A stretch of 64,000 nt of DNA from Camelus dromedarius (GCF_036321535.1 NC_087437.1:73782001-73846000); one strand, 5' to 3'. Shown: positions 37,925 through 52,170, numbered from the stretch's first letter. The notes: generated from the sequence alone by a model not told the origin. Translations and numbers: made by a program.

Positions 37925-38020
37925 TGTGTATTAACTCATTTAATCCTTATGGTGACTCTGTTTGGTAAGTACTAATATTATTTATGTTTTGCAGATGAGG
38001 AAATGGAAGCATAGGATTAC
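37925..38020 (-). mobile_element. MIR fragment
   Basis: tattaactcatttaatcct...ttttgcagatgaggaaatggaagca. Confidence 0.7.
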
Positions 38021-38239
38021 AGATTTGGCGCTACCATTTTTATTCTTTACCATAGCTCTACTGTCTGTCAACTTTAATAAATTCTCATATATCAAGACAT
38101 CATATCATATATCATATATTTTATATGTATACTGCTTACATGCCTTTATCCTGTGTCCTGGGACACTTTTTATCTAAGAACAGACCTTAACCATGGCTGT
38201 AAATTAATTGGGGATAGCAGAGTAGAAAATGACACTATC

Positions 38240-38450
38240 CGGGAACTCAGAATAATGAGATCTGATTCCTAATCTCGTCTCCACCCATCCTCTGTTGGAT
38301 GACTTGTGGCAAGACCTTCGACTATTCTAAATGTTGGCTTCTCACGATAAAACACGATTGATCAAATCTATCTACCTCCTCCTGATATGAAGGTAAAACA
38401 ATGAGTGTGTATGGAAACACAATGAATAAAACACAATTATTTAGAATGCT
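38240..38450 (+). mobile_element. MIR fragment
   Basis: gagatctgattcctaatctcgtctccacc...gatgacttgtggcaag...tacctcct...aatgagtgtgtatggaaacac. Confidence 0.5.
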
Positions 38451-40145
38451 ATATAATACAGAATGTTGTTTACTTTTAAGTTTTAATACAAAATATTATT
38501 TATTTTTCAAAATAATAACAAAATAATAAAATCTGAGAAAGCAATCTACACACTGTTCTGAATCACTGTGAAAAAAAACCTTCCGCATGAGTTATGATTA
38601 TTTAATAGACAAAAATGTAAGAAATTCTATTACGGACTTTTTTTTTCAGTCAGAAACGCTGCTTCTGTGAACTTTGCCTCAAACTCTACAGGGCTGAACT
38701 TACTTCTAGCTTCTATTTTGTGACTTTTGCTTCACTATGTTCAATAGACCCCACGATTTCTGTCTGGAAAATGCTCGGTCTGGTTCCCTCTGAGCACGGT
38801 CCGGCAGCTCTTAGACACGACAGCGCACAATATCGATCTCGTTCCTGTAAATGAAGCTCAGAATTAACCAGAAGTCAATTATTGCTAGCATTAAATTGAA
38901 GTTAAAATCACTGGGAATTGCAAGGCAATTTAAAGAAAATGTGTTAGTGAGATCAGGAAATAGCAGATTTGAGTCTCACAAAGGAAATGAGGACACGCCA
39001 TGGGGTAATCCACATGACTCCAAAATGGACAAAATCTTATAAAAATAAACTGGGATAACTAAACTGAATTAACTGCGATACGCAGTCACTGCCTGCATCT
39101 TCAGCATTCTGCTATTACTTGTTCTTTTTATTATGAAAATTTTACTTTCTTCATTTTATTCTTTTCCTACTTTGACTTCCACTATTCTTTTCCCTTATCT
39201 CCTGCATCCTCAAGAACTTAAAATGGCAAGTTCTTGAATTCTCATGCTTTAGTTTCCATTTGGAGTTTTCTAAGTCCTGTGGTGCTGTTTGCCACATAAC
39301 TGTTCTTAAATTAAGAAGCACAGTAATTTGTTTGCACTTTATAGACTTGTAGAAACTACTCCTTCTTGCAAATCAAGTTGGACTGTCCCTGTTTTACAGG
39401 TTTCATGTTATCAAATAAACATGTACAGGAGTAACTCTGATAATGCCAGACGAAATCAGGATCTTGATGCAGCATAACTGAAAGGAAAAACTAGGACAGC
39501 AGCACCTAGGAAAATAGGAGCTATAAAAGGATGTGAATGAGCTTAAAGTGATTATTGGAAAGGATAATTAAGAATAGAGAGGTAAGTCTGGGATGCACTC
39601 ACTGAGATTGTGATTAAAGCAGAGATCTGATTGAGTCACAGTTCAAGTGACTTTGAGGAGGGCAATTTAGACACGAAGCTCAAGGGATAAATCAGAGCTT
39701 CAAAGAGATGAGCACCTTGTTCTCTGGATGCCGTGACACCAAGAGGGAAAGTTCAGCCTGGGGCTGGGGAAAGAAGACTCAAGCATCGTGGCGGGTCTGT
39801 TAACTAGAAGAGAAAGTAGAAGTGCCTTTTTGGCAGGTGCAGCTGGTGCCAAACTTGAATAACAAGACTGTGTTATTTTGGATACATCTTATCCAAAATC
39901 ATGTTGTTTTCATTCTAAGCTGCCGTAATAAAAATTGTTATGCATCCTAAAATGTATTATAACATATTACAGACTCTGAATTATTTTTTGAGTATCTGTT
40001 TCTGGGTGAGATTCCAAGTAAAACCTCTGAACTGTGTACCTGCTCTTGCGTGTTCTATAGTACAGAAATACTCCAAACTGATTGTTAGCATTACCAAGGG
40101 AGGTGGACAGATGGAGGAAGAGATGGATGCAGGGATAAATAGGTA

Positions 40146-40262
40146 GATTTCTGGATTGCTCCTCAGACTTACCATATTGGAAGCTGTAAGAATGGAGTCC
40201 TGGAGTCAATATATGTAAAAGCTTTCCAGATGATTCTGACACTTGTCCAAGTTGGAGAATCA
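40146..40262. mobile_element. MER5-type fragment
   Basis: agatttctgg...cctcagac...aagctttccagatgattctgac...aagttggagaatca. Confidence 0.5.
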
Positions 40263-43200
40263 TGTGGCATTGTCATGGAGATTGTGAGGGAAGCATATTA
40301 CCTACAAACAAAAAGAAAAAGAGAGAACTGAGATCTCTAGGAGCTTAATCTCTGGATAAATGACCATCTCTATCTAGTGGTGGCAGCATTAAATTCCCAG
40401 AGAAGTGCCTGTGGGCTTTGAACTGGAGGTGCCTTCTGTTGGAAGTTGCTATAGGGTGCTGATTCCATTCTTTGGCAGTCAGGTGAGCTGAAGGGAAACT
40501 AGGGCCCAGAGAGCCAAAGTGCTTCATTTTCACTAATGGGCTATTACTGATGACCCCTGAAGGGTATTAAAAATGATTCTTTGGGGTCCACTAAAAGGGC
40601 TGAGGTAAGGATTACAGGATTGGCCCAATAAAAGCATGGTAATGTTGTGCCCAAGGATCACACTCTTGATAACATGTGACCATGATAAGGATATATCTCC
40701 AAAGATAACCAGGAAGTGATCCTTCCAAATGTGGCAGTGGAGCGCTCCAGTCCTGAAGTGATACATATATACCTGAAGGCAGGTGACAGCTATGACTGTA
40801 CCCTATCCTCCATCCTCCATGGCAGTCCCAGATTTCACTCTGATGCACATGCTTATGTCTTTTTCTTGTTTCTTGTGTCACAGATGAAGCATCTTTCCTG
40901 ATTGACTGAGTGCTTACCCTAGTCTTCCTGTATCTCTAATCTGCTCTCCTTACCTTAAATGTATCTTCACAAAATAAGTAATTTCTCAAACCTAACACAA
41001 CATCATCACCTCTTCATGCACTACATTACCTCTCCTCACCTTTTGTTAAAAACTCTAAGGACAGAGTTATGCAAAGATGGCTATCTAAATTCTTAAGCCC
41101 AGTGACTACAAAGGCAGTCAAGCAAAAGTGGTTTTCTTTTCCTGAACAATGTATTAACATGTTAACCAGTATGATGTAGTAGAAAGAACACATCCTTTCT
41201 ACAGAACAGAAACTCTTCATTTTAAAGTCTTTCAAAGTTAAGATTTTTTAAAGTTTAAATTTATCCTTTGCACAGATCATAGACACTTAGCTGTAAATTC
41301 CTCCTATTGCTTTCCAATTATATAACAAGTGACTAGATCTCTCCGGACCTTAACTATAAATTGAAGATAATTTCTACTTTCTAGGGCTACTCTTAAAATT
41401 AAATAAGATAAGAATGTAAAGTATTTCACACGTAGACATCACTCAGTAAACATTAAATATCCTTTCTTCTACCTAACTTTGTAGACATCAGAGAAAATTT
41501 TATTTTACTTTTCCTTTTAATGAGTTCCCAAAATGCACAGCATTCTGACCTAGAATCAGAGATAAATGATGAAGTCTTCATAGACTTTGTGTCAATAGTT
41601 GTAGGAGTGTACATGTTTTGGGTAAAAGATTCATGGCTCTCTTCAGATTCTAAAGTGAACTTTGGCATATGTACCCACACGAAATATTGGGAATTACTGT
41701 TTTATCTGCCTTATAAATCATATTAATTCTCCCCCAATTTGAAAATTGTCTTTCTGTGAGCTTCCATGATTCCACCTTCAAATTTCTGTGAGCCTGTTTT
41801 ATCAAGGCACATTTCATAGAGTAGGTGTGAGATCAAATGAGATAATGTATGTAAAATGTTTTCTTAAGCTGTAAAACTCTATGTAATTGAAAGGCATTGT
41901 TCATATTAGCAGCAATCTGTACTGTATTGTTGCCTTTGTTGCTGTGGGCTATCTCCCTCTGATTTGTTATGATAAAAATGATCATAATGATTACAACATT
42001 AATCACAATTACATTGCAATTTTATCACAATGCTCACAGCTGAGCAAGTTAATTGAAAACTTGAAGAACCCTAATTGTGGCTATTTTTAATTTTTCTTGG
42101 GCACCACTTCCTATGAATTTAGAACTGCAATATATTTTACGCTTGAAGAAATCTTTGGTGGCATCTAAATTAACCTCTTTGTTTTTAGGTGGAGGAACCG
42201 AGCCTTGAATCCCTTGATGGCTGTGAGAAAGTGACTTGCCCATAGCCACACAGGTAGTTTACTGAAATATAGGACAAGAGGATACAATTAAGCTGTTTCC
42301 TGCACTCTTTGGTTAAAAGAGTAATTTGAATGATCTTTCCAATTTTGATGAGGGAACGATGTTTAAGGAAAGTTCTGTTTAAAGAGTTTGTTACGGTAGA
42401 TAAGGAAGGAAAGCAATATCGTTAAGGAAAAAAAGAATTTGTCTTCCATGGAGTATCTCTCCTTAAAATATATTTTAATTGGAATGATCCAGAAATCTGC
42501 TTCAATTGCCCAATGTGTTTCCCCCAACTTACAGCCCAAACACTAGTGTTTTAGTCAAGGTGCTTTAGTTAGAAGGACCCCCTTTAGTGTAGCTTAAATA
42601 GAAGGCTATATTGAAGAATAAAGTAGCAAATCTAAGCCTGTCCCCATGCGAGACGACCTTTGAGAACCCTGGGACCTTTGGGAGGAGGACTTTCTTTTGT
42701 GACGTCTGTTCTGTTCCTCAAGCCAAGAGCAGAGACCAGCTTTGTCTGCTTCTCATCATTGTACGTGTGGTCGAATCTGACCCTAAATGGATCTTCATTT
42801 CATGTACCCAAACTTTTGTACTAGTGTCTCTGTGTCTGTTTATTCTTCTCACAGAGACAGAATGTGATCATTCACCAGCTGATGGATTGGCCTATAGGCT
42901 ACAGGATCAATTCTGGTCTTTTCAGTGACTGGAGGTAAAGTTTTATTTCAGTCAGCCAATCCCACATTTTTTCTAGAACTAACACAGCATTTAGTTACCA
43001 GAGAAAAGAGAGCTGCTTGTAAGGAAAAACTTAAATTTAAAACACCAGAATAAAAGAATGATTCTGAAATTTCTAGGGTTCCATTTTTTTTTTGCAAAGT
43101 TAGGTTTGGGGCATGTATTTTGATACATGATCTAGCTGTGGAACAAGCATTTTAAAATAGATATGGTCCTGTATAATCTAGGCTATATTACTGCTTTATT

Positions 43201-46069
43201 TCCAGTATCAGGAAAATATAGGAGATTCTTTTTCCCTGGGAAAAAGCAATAATTTTAAAAGTTTCTGGGAGATTCTAATTGGATGTTAGGGAGTATAGTA
43301 CTTTTTCATCTGGTTTAATATAAAACCACCTAAACTGATTGATATAAACATTATTTCAGGTTATCTTCTTGTTTTTGTGAACACCTCCCACCCCCAATGC
43401 TGCTCCCGAGTTAAGGGGATAGTATTTCAGTGGCTTCAAAGTACCCAGGGAATTTGGGGTTATTCACCACAAAATATTTTTGGAGAAGTTACATAGCCTC
43501 TTATTTTTAATCAGATTTATACTGATGCCATTTTATCAATGACTTCTTCAGAAATGCCATGAATTAGTACATATTTTTGAACAATTACCATATACATATT
43601 TATATATACAAATCCTAAAATATGGTCATGATAATTCTGCAACTATTTAACATTCTCTAAACATAGGAAAACTGTAATAATCCAGTGCACACTGTTAGCC
43701 TTTCTGTTAATTTTTAAAAGTAATGGTTACAGTATTGCATATCTCTATTATAATCTTAAAGCTCAAAGTTATATATTCTTTCCTTTTCTTTTCCCTCTGC
43801 TTAGAAAGCAAAACATAAAAGAGACAAAAATAAATCTAAAAAGTAATTAGCAAAACAGATATCTTACTGTGTGGGTGATATCTATTTTAATAAGAATAAA
43901 TAACAGTATTTAATTCTGTAGCTAAGATTAATGACTAGGGAGCTAAGGTGAAGAATTTCTTTTCTTTCATTGAGGAGGAAGCAATGAATTGTTTCAAGGA
44001 GGTGGCTAAGGTTTTTACCAGAGCAGGAAGAAAATCATTTTGGTTACAGAATCTAGTATGAATTTTCAGAAAATATTTTTAAGGTTTCTCAGGTAGCACA
44101 GAGAGTGACTAAATATTTGCTCTTATTGATAAAAGAGGGGAAGAGTAGAATTTTAAATATACTATGCAAAAAGAAATAAGAAATTTGGTTCAAATGATGC
44201 AGTAAGTAGTCGGTACAAAGTCAAAGAAGATTCTTAAATTCCAAGTGAGGAATCAGATGATAAAATGTCAGTGTCTCCTGAAATGAATCATTTCTACAAA
44301 TATGTGGTGTCTACAAGGGGCAGGCGTTATAGCAGGCGCTGTGAGGGATGCAAAGGGAAAGCAAATGGGGAGAATCTCGGCAATTGGCCGTTACTTGATA
44401 AGGAGGTGTAAGACATTTAGAGACTTGGGGAAAATGACTGAACATGGAAATACATAAAAGAAACACAAAGTGTTATGGACGTTCAGAAACAAAACAGCAA
44501 AATGGAAAATCAAAGATTTTTTTATGAAGTAGGTAACATAACACTTAAGTCTTGATGAGGGAGAGGATTTGAGCAAGCAGAAATAGTATGAGAGAACATT
44601 CTAGAAAACACACACAGAGACACAGAGTCATATTTATCTGTGTATAGAAAGCCCAGTCAGTATGTATTATAGTGAGAAATAAATAGCTTGAGTGATGAGG
44701 CTTATTTAATATTTTATCTTTTTTTTTTTCCTGGTACATAATGTGGGCTCAAAAAATGTTGAATGTTGCCAAAATGGGTAGCAAGACCAAGGGAGATGAA
44801 GCCATTTGACCAATAGTTATTAAACAAAGAATAAAAACAAAAATTAATTAAATGCCTTTTATGTGCTATTTTTATATACATTGTAGGGAGAAGCATTTAT
44901 ATATTTTAAAAAGTTCATTGCTGTAGCTTTTTGCTTCTGAGGGATGACACAAAGCGTACCAATGGGGAAAAATATCTCCATCCTTTTTATTTCAGAGTGT
45001 CATAGGAGACAGAGAAAAGAAAGAATAGAATGTCTAGTTTCTGCCTATTTTTCTGGGCTAAAGTTTAAGATCCAGAGTAGATGCACTTCTGTTTAAAAAA
45101 AAAACCATAAATAAATCCTTGGAGATAAAAGATAGGCTTTCTAGGAGGAGAGTCTGAAAAATAAAGAAGAATCGGGAAACAAGTTTTAAGCTGGTATTTG
45201 ATGAAAAAAAAAGAGCTGCTACTGAACAAATCTGTGGTCGGGGACCCCTGGAAAGCTTGAGAATAGAGAGGTCTCACATACAGCTGTAATTGTGAAACTA
45301 TTAAGCTACAAACTTCCATGATCCAAACTCTTAAAAGAGTCTTCTATACATTATAATTGCATTAGATGAGTGGATTTGGTGAAATCTAGGAAAAAGTGTT
45401 GCATTCCATACCTGAGTCCAAAAGAAGTTAGTAAAGAGATTAATTTTGGAGTAAAGAAGAGATTGGAATAAGGAAGTGAAGAGAAGCAGCAACTCAGAGC
45501 CAGATGTAATTATGAAGAACTCAATCCCTAGGAATTCGCGAAAATCACAAAATTGTGGGTTAGCAAGCTTGAGCAATTTCATTTAAATTTCAAAGGAGAG
45601 TGTGGGCTCAGTTCCATATACTTATCTCATTTAACACTGTGATTATGTGGCAAAGGCAGAGTTATAACTCCCAGGTCTCTTGAGTCTCAGTTTACATTCT
45701 TTCTATTATGCACACAGAAGAAAGTGGAACAAAAGAACCTAGAATTGTTAGGGATTTGGGAGACCATGGTTGCTAAATAAAGAGACATGTCCTATCTTTA
45801 AGGTCCCCGGTTAAACAAATGGAGACATCCAACCCTTTACCAAAGGCAGTGGGACACTGGAAGCATCCATCCTCCTGCAGGCAATAAGAGGTGCTAGAGA
45901 ATTTAAAAGCAACAGTAAAATTGAAAAGTCAACCTGCTGTTGTTACTATCGTGCACTGGTAAATCTAAACAATGTCCATGATAAAATCCTCCTCCCTGCT
46001 GAGGCTAACCTTTGCACCACTCCCAGCTTCAGTGTGCCACTGAAGATATCTGTCTGGGAAAGGCATATT

Positions 46070-46495
46070 CAGGTCTCCTGTGTTTTTCAAAAGTTTGCTT
46101 TATGCTACTTTGCTTTTATGACAGACAGACCTACATCAGTACTTGTTTTCCATAATGCAAAGAAACTCAAAAAGGATTTTTGCATTATTGAAAAAAGGGG
46201 AAAAGCGAAAATAGCATTCAGCATTTGTTTTGCAGCAAGCCTGTTATAGAGGCAATGTGCACCCCGAGCAGCAAAGAGTGGCCCCGCCAAGCTCCTGCCC
46301 CAGGAACTACACTCTGCATCAGCATCAAGCTGCCATAGCTTTGAACTGTGTCTGTGAGCATCTGCACTTTATCTCAATTTATTTTGAGCATCCGTTAGCA
46401 AAATGTATCCTAAGGTAATTGCTTTTTTGCTTTATGCCATTTCAACTTACAGGTTTCATAGCAATGTTCTACTTTTGGATAGCAGGAGAAACCTG
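46070..46495. mobile_element. TcMar-Tigger-type non-autonomous DNA transposon
   Basis: Terminal inverted repeats caggtctcctg...tcaaaagt (46070) and acttttggatagcaggagaaacctg (to 46495), followed by TA; about 425 bp. Confidence 0.75.
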
Positions 46496-46839
46496 TAATT
46501 TGCTTTCCTGTCTGCAAGACTAAACCCAAGACATGAATAAAATCTGTACGAAGCTGGATGACTGATCAGAGCCTGGTAAAGTATCTCACTCACTAGAGCC
46601 AGGCACTGTCACATATTGCCAACCTCCTTATTAAGTATTTCAGTTGTTCTTTTGACATTGACTACATCTGTTTGCCTACACTCCAGTCTTTTCTAGTCCA
46701 CACCTCGCTTTCTAGATTCTGTCCACTCTTATACTCAAATTTCACTCTTAAACTGAATTAGCCAGTTAGAAATAAAATCATGTTAGTGTAAAATGTAAGC
46801 TCCAGGTGAATAGGAACAGTGCACGCTTTGCTTTTCTCT

Positions 46840-47355
46840 TTCTAAAAATGTTACAATAAATTATGTACAGTGAAATGCAGAGATCATTTATGTATAGTGT
46901 AATGTTTTGACTGTCTTTATATCTTTTTCTAACTGCTTTTTATTGGGTGATTTGTCTTTTTAATAATAGATTTGAGGAATTAATTACATATTCTTGACAC
47001 ACATGCTTTGTAACCACCCCCTTTCCAGGTTCACTCCTCCTCCCACAAGTTGCAGCCACTTTGGCAGCCTGACCTCTGTCCTTCAGCCACCAGATCAGTG
47101 AGACTTCAGCTTTCTCTTGAAATCCAGCAATCCTGCATTCTCTGCTGACCAGGGAATTTTTGGGGGGGAAAGAACATATAAACACAGATCTCTTACTTTC
47201 TTCCAGGGCTCAAATCTTCTCCAGTTTCTGCCCAATTTCAGTCACTTTCCTGTGCTTTTTAGTAACTTCAAATATTTCTTTTTCTCCAGACTTTATAGTT
47301 GTTATCAGTAGAAAGATTTGTCGATACACACTAATTCACCATTAACTGGAACTGG
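46840..47355 (-). mobile_element. Old L1 fragments (3' piece joined to 5' UTR-like piece)
   Basis: acagtgaaatgcagagatc..., tttttattgggtgatttgtctttt, and ...atagttgttatcagtagaa...ccattaactggaact. Confidence 0.5.
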
Positions 47356-47475
47356 ATGACAGATACCTGCATTTTTCCACTGTGTCCCCAGGTACCTTAA
47401 TAGTTCTTTTTATATTTTTGGAATTAAATGGAAATTAACAATAAAGAAAAAAGTACAATGCTTTTAAGAGCAGAA

Positions 47476-47830
47476 TGCTATGGACTGAATTGTGTTCCCT
47501 CAAAATTCATGCATTGAGCCCTAACACTCAACCTGACTGTACGTGGAGACAGGACCTATAAGGGAGTGATTAAAGTTAAATGAGGGTGTAAAGGTGGGGC
47601 CTGATTCAGTAGGATTAGTGTCCTTATAAGAAGAGACATTAGAGAGCTTTCTGTCTCTCCCTGTGATATGAGGACATCGTCCTGCAAGTCAGGAAGGGAG
47701 CTCTCACCAGGAACTGAATCTATCAGCACCTTGATCTTGAACTTTCCAGCCTCCAAAACTGTGAGAAATAAATGTCTGTTCTTTAAGCCATTCAGGTTGT
47801 GCTATTTTGTTATGGGAGCCTGAGAAGACT
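47476..47830 (+). mobile_element. MaLR solo LTR (MLT1A-like)
   Basis: tgctatggactgaattgtgttccctcaaaattcat...aggattagtgtccttataagaagagac...caccttgatcttgaactttccagcctccaaaactgtgagaaataaatg. Confidence 0.9.
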
Positions 47831-47956
47831 CTTTTCCCATCAAGTGCACAGAGTAAAGCCTAGATTAAATGATCCTGTTATAAGACCAAACCAGCTCATG
47901 GCTCACTACCTACCATGTAATTTAGAGTTTATAATTTAGTGTAATGCTTTGTTCTC

Positions 47957-48509
47957 TATATTAGTTATTTCTTGCTATGTAACAAGTTACTCCAAAACTT
48001 AGATGTTTAAAACAGCAGACATTTATTACCGCACAATTTCTGGGGATCAGGAATGTAGGCACAGCTCAGCTGAGCATCTCTGGGTCAAGGTCTCTCATGA
48101 GGTGGCAGTATGTCAGCAGGGTCTGTAGTCTCGTCTTAAGTCTCCACTTGGGGGAGAATCTGCTTTCAAGCTCAGTCACATTGTGATTGTTGGCTGAATT
48201 TCAGTTCCTCACAGGACCCTGGACTGAGGGCCTCATTTCCTCAGTCCTTTTTCATTTCCTTACCCTCTGGGCTTCTCCGTATCTGACTTTGCTCAGAGAA
48301 GGCAAGTGGAGAGAGGAAGAGAGAGTGACCAAGGTGGGAGTCACAGGCTCTTTGTAATCTAACCTTCAAAGAGCCATCCCATCATGGCTGCTACATTAGC
48401 TTCATTAGAAGTGAGTCAGTCAGTTCAGTCCAAATGGAGGGGATTATACAAGTGCATAAATACAGGAGGTAAAGTTTATTGGAAGTCATCTTAGAAGCTG
48501 TCTACCACA
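47957..48509 (-). mobile_element. MaLR solo LTR (MLT1F-like)
   Basis: tattagttatttcttgctatgtaacaagttactccaaaacttag...aggtctctcatgaggtggcagt...ggagaatctgctttcaagctc...gaggggattatacaag...ctaccaca. Confidence 0.85.
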
Positions 48510-48589
48510 TTTCCCTTACAGACAAAATGAAGAATCATTAAAGATTTAAATTTAAAACATAAATGGACCTCCTGTCTTTTATTTCAGGC

Positions 48590-49030
48590 ACCACTGTACT
48601 CTGAGGGATAGAAAGATAAATGTAACACAGTTCCCGTCTTCCCAGAGCTGGTGGCCTGGTTCAAGAGGTAAGACTGTGTAAATGTGATCAGTGCTGTGAA
48701 AGCTGTAGTTGCTGTGGGAACAAGAAGAACTTTAGATGTGGAAAAATGCTGCCTTCCCAAAGGAGGTAAAGCCTGGGCTGTGTGTTGAAGAAAAAGGACC
48801 AGCGCAATACATGGGAGAGAAAGAACCTTCCAGTAGGTGCTTGAGAACCTTGCAGGAGCCCCAGACATTCTGAATGACAAAGCCTGAGGTCTGCACTGGG
48901 GGCAGTGGTGAGGAATCAGGTTGGATGGAGGAGCCAGAAGCCATAATGTGAAGGGCTTGTTAGGCCATACTGAGGACTTTGACTCCATCCAGTAAGCGGA
49001 GTGGAAACACTGAAGGATGTGACCAGGTAA
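48590..49030 (-). mobile_element. L2 fragment
   Basis: aggcaccactgtac...cacagttcccgtcttcccagagctg...gaagggcttgttaggccatactgaggactttgact...cactgaagga. Confidence 0.7.
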
Positions 49031-51994
49031 GTACACGGTAAAGAACACTCTGGTCCAAGCTCCGTGTGCACTGCCTCGCCAATAAACGGGCCAACAAGGA
49101 GAGGAATAGGTCTCATTTCCAATTACACAGCCTCTAAGGCTCCTCTGCCAGAATGACTAAGTCATAACCAGGTGGAAAGCTCTTTGTGAGTTCCTTTACT
49201 TCAAATCAAATCACATATCTCAATGACAATGTACCACATCTCAATGACATGTAATTTCTCACAAGCACCACCTTTTGTGAAGTCACTGGAAGAATATGAT
49301 TCAAATTCATCTCCAGAGAAGAATGAAAGGAAATAGTGGTATTCCTGCATACTGACAACCATGGCTCCTTTATTTAGCTTGCTAAATTCAGTGGATCTCT
49401 AAATACTTTAGTTACTTCCCCCACTGCCTTTCCTTCTCCATGGCACAAACTCTATGCCATTCATTTATTAAAGCGTCCTTTGAAACTCATTTCTCACTTT
49501 TGCCCAAAGATCCATAGGCTTTTTCTATAGGAGTGAATAGAAGCAGTGAGGCGTATCGTCAGTGATACGTAAACCTGTGTGAGTCAGTCCCGAGGAATGT
49601 CTGGGGTGTGTTGGATGGCTCAGGCAGTGCCACGGTCTACCGTCTGGTGAAAATCCAAGCAACCCAGATTCTACGGAAGTCCCTAGTTTCTGCTTGCCTA
49701 ACCTTCTTTTCAGTTCATGTTGAACCCAAGGGGCTTACCGATATTTACCAAATTTACATCATCAGCAAAGGGCAATGACACTGTCCTTACAGCATTGTGT
49801 GACTTCTGATCCCATAGTGCTCAGCTGGATATTGAAGATTTAAACAGTTTGCATTTGTTGGGTTCCCAGGCACAGTAAGTCTCACTCCAACATTCTTCAG
49901 AAAAAATCAAAATGACTGGGTCAAAACTATAAGATGTGAGATCAAGGTGACTCATAAACGTAGAGATTATACATCTCCTATCAAAAACTAACATTTTCTC
50001 CATGAAATTTAAACTTCAGAAACAAGTAGGAAAGATGTGATTATCTTCCAAAACTTCCTTTGTTCTAGATGACTATATTTTATAAATTTATCTACAAAAA
50101 GATACTTTTTTCTTCCTAATTTATAAGCAGTCCAGCATGCAGTTCAGATATCAGAAGCAAAAAACATTAATTTTTATTATCCACACCTTCTTACTGGGAT
50201 CATGTAGGGTTTTAACATTATCATTTAATTATGACTGAGGAAAGGCAAGCTTTTGGGAAGATTAAAGGATCTGGCATGGCCCTTCAGAGAAGGTAACTGC
50301 CAAGGAAACTTAGCAAGTGTAAGTTAGGCAAACTTGAGTCATGGCAGACAAAGAAACTGAGTGACACCGAATGCAGTGACAGAACACAAAATTAGAGGAG
50401 ACACTGTCTAGTCCACTGTGGCTTACATATTCAGGTTTAGAAATGTTTTTAAGATGTAACACTAACATTTTGTCATCAGATGTAAGTTAATATGGGAAGT
50501 ACCAGAGTTCTAAAATTATAAACCTAGAAGTAATTAAGAATATAGGGCTGAATGAGAGCACCTATAAAATATCAACAAGATATTTTACTGTTTTGGAAAG
50601 CTGTTTACACCAAAAACTCTTGTGTCCATGCTGTTGTAGAGAAATGGAAGTATATATGGAAAAAGGAACAGCCAATTAAAGCCAATTTCCACCATTAGGA
50701 CATGTTCAATTAAATATATTATTGTTGGATAGTTTGCTTTCAAGACTTTTCATATGCATATTAATGGGTTTCAGTCTTTAGATTTTTCCCTTATAAGTAA
50801 GTGACAGCTACCTCAAATATAGGCATAGAATAGAATACATATGGCTGGTTGAAATATAATGTTAAAACCATTCCTAAACCAAACTCCAGATGACAGTATT
50901 TTTGCTAAGGAGCAGAAATAAGGATCAACTGGGTAGGTTTTTTTTTAACTCCTATTTAATTCACTTCAATATTTATCAGGAATCTACTATATTCAAGGTG
51001 CTGCGCCAGCCTTTGTGTCCATAAAGAAAGAGAAAGTGCAAAGTTGGCTCTACACATATAGATGGTAAAGGTGCAGTGACGCTGGGCGAAGCAGACTGTC
51101 CTCCCATTCTGTGACCAGGGGACTCTTGACGCCATCACAAAAGGAAGTAGCAATAAGCACATTCTCCCAAGTCACTAGTCTTGGGACTTCGGACGTTCCA
51201 TTTTCACCTTCCTCTTGTTCCCTCTGCCTACAGGTTTTCTTTAGCCCTGCAAATGCTCAGTCATTCACTTAGAGTTTACCAGTGGTACTAAAAATACTCC
51301 TACTCATTACATGCCACTGCCACTTCATTTAAACTTTCTACTTTGTGCATGAATTTGATTTGAGTATAGTGTCTACGTTCACATTTTTGTTTACCACTTT
51401 ATTTCCCTGCCTGTCCCTGGCATAAATAAGAGCTTCTTAGCTCTTGGAAGGTGGAATTGCTAACATTTCTGAGCTTTTTCATTCAAATGAGAATATACTG
51501 CAGAGATCTGGGAGGACCTCTGTTACTCCCTACTGTTCCTCTCTGGAGAGCTCCTTTACCTCCAGTCAACCCCCGCATCTTGTGGATGATCCCCTTAACC
51601 AGCGTGTCTCTACATCTCCTCCCTTCCTGTTATTCATTGTGCTTATTCCATGAAACCTGGCTCACCTCAGCCTCAGCTGATATCTCTACAAGCTTCCCCT
51701 TCTTCTATGTCCCGTCTCTCACACTGTCCATCACTTGTTTTCTCATATATTCTCTAAATTTCTTTCTCTGAAGGAGTCCTTAGCAGCATCTGCATTTCTC
51801 TACGTCCCCCCTTCTTCCCCTTTGGATCTTCTGATCTCTGGGCTAACTCACTCCTCACCTTCTCCTTAGTTCCTAAAACGTCAAGTACTTGTTCTCTGAC
51901 TTCTAGTTCCTCCAGTTCCTTTCTTTACAAAACATGGACATATTTGTGTTTTAGTTAGATTTGACCTGGCTCTGGATTTCTCTCAAATCACTTG

Positions 51995-52170
51995 ATTTTT
52001 CCTTTTTCTTTCTCCCTTCCTTCCTCCCTCCCTGCCTTCCTTTCTTTCATTTTCTTTTTTTCTTCTTTTTTCTCTCTTCTTTCCTTCCTCCCTCTCTCTC
52101 TCCGTCTTTCCCTCATTCTTTCTTTTCCTCCTGCCTCTTTCTTTTTCTTCCTTCCCTCTTTCTTTCCTTC
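51995..52170. repeat. Polypyrimidine (CT/CCTT-rich) low-complexity tract
   Basis: About 175 bp made almost entirely of C and T. Confidence 0.9.

Noticed and set aside
42854..42935. Exon-like segment (ttcttctcacag ... GAG|gtaaag)
   Set aside because: Weak donor, probably within a decayed LTR-like sequence; typical pseudo-exon.
48221..48247. Hairpin ggactgagg...cctcagtcc
   Set aside because: Only a 9-bp stem inside an MLT1 LTR; too short for a miRNA precursor.
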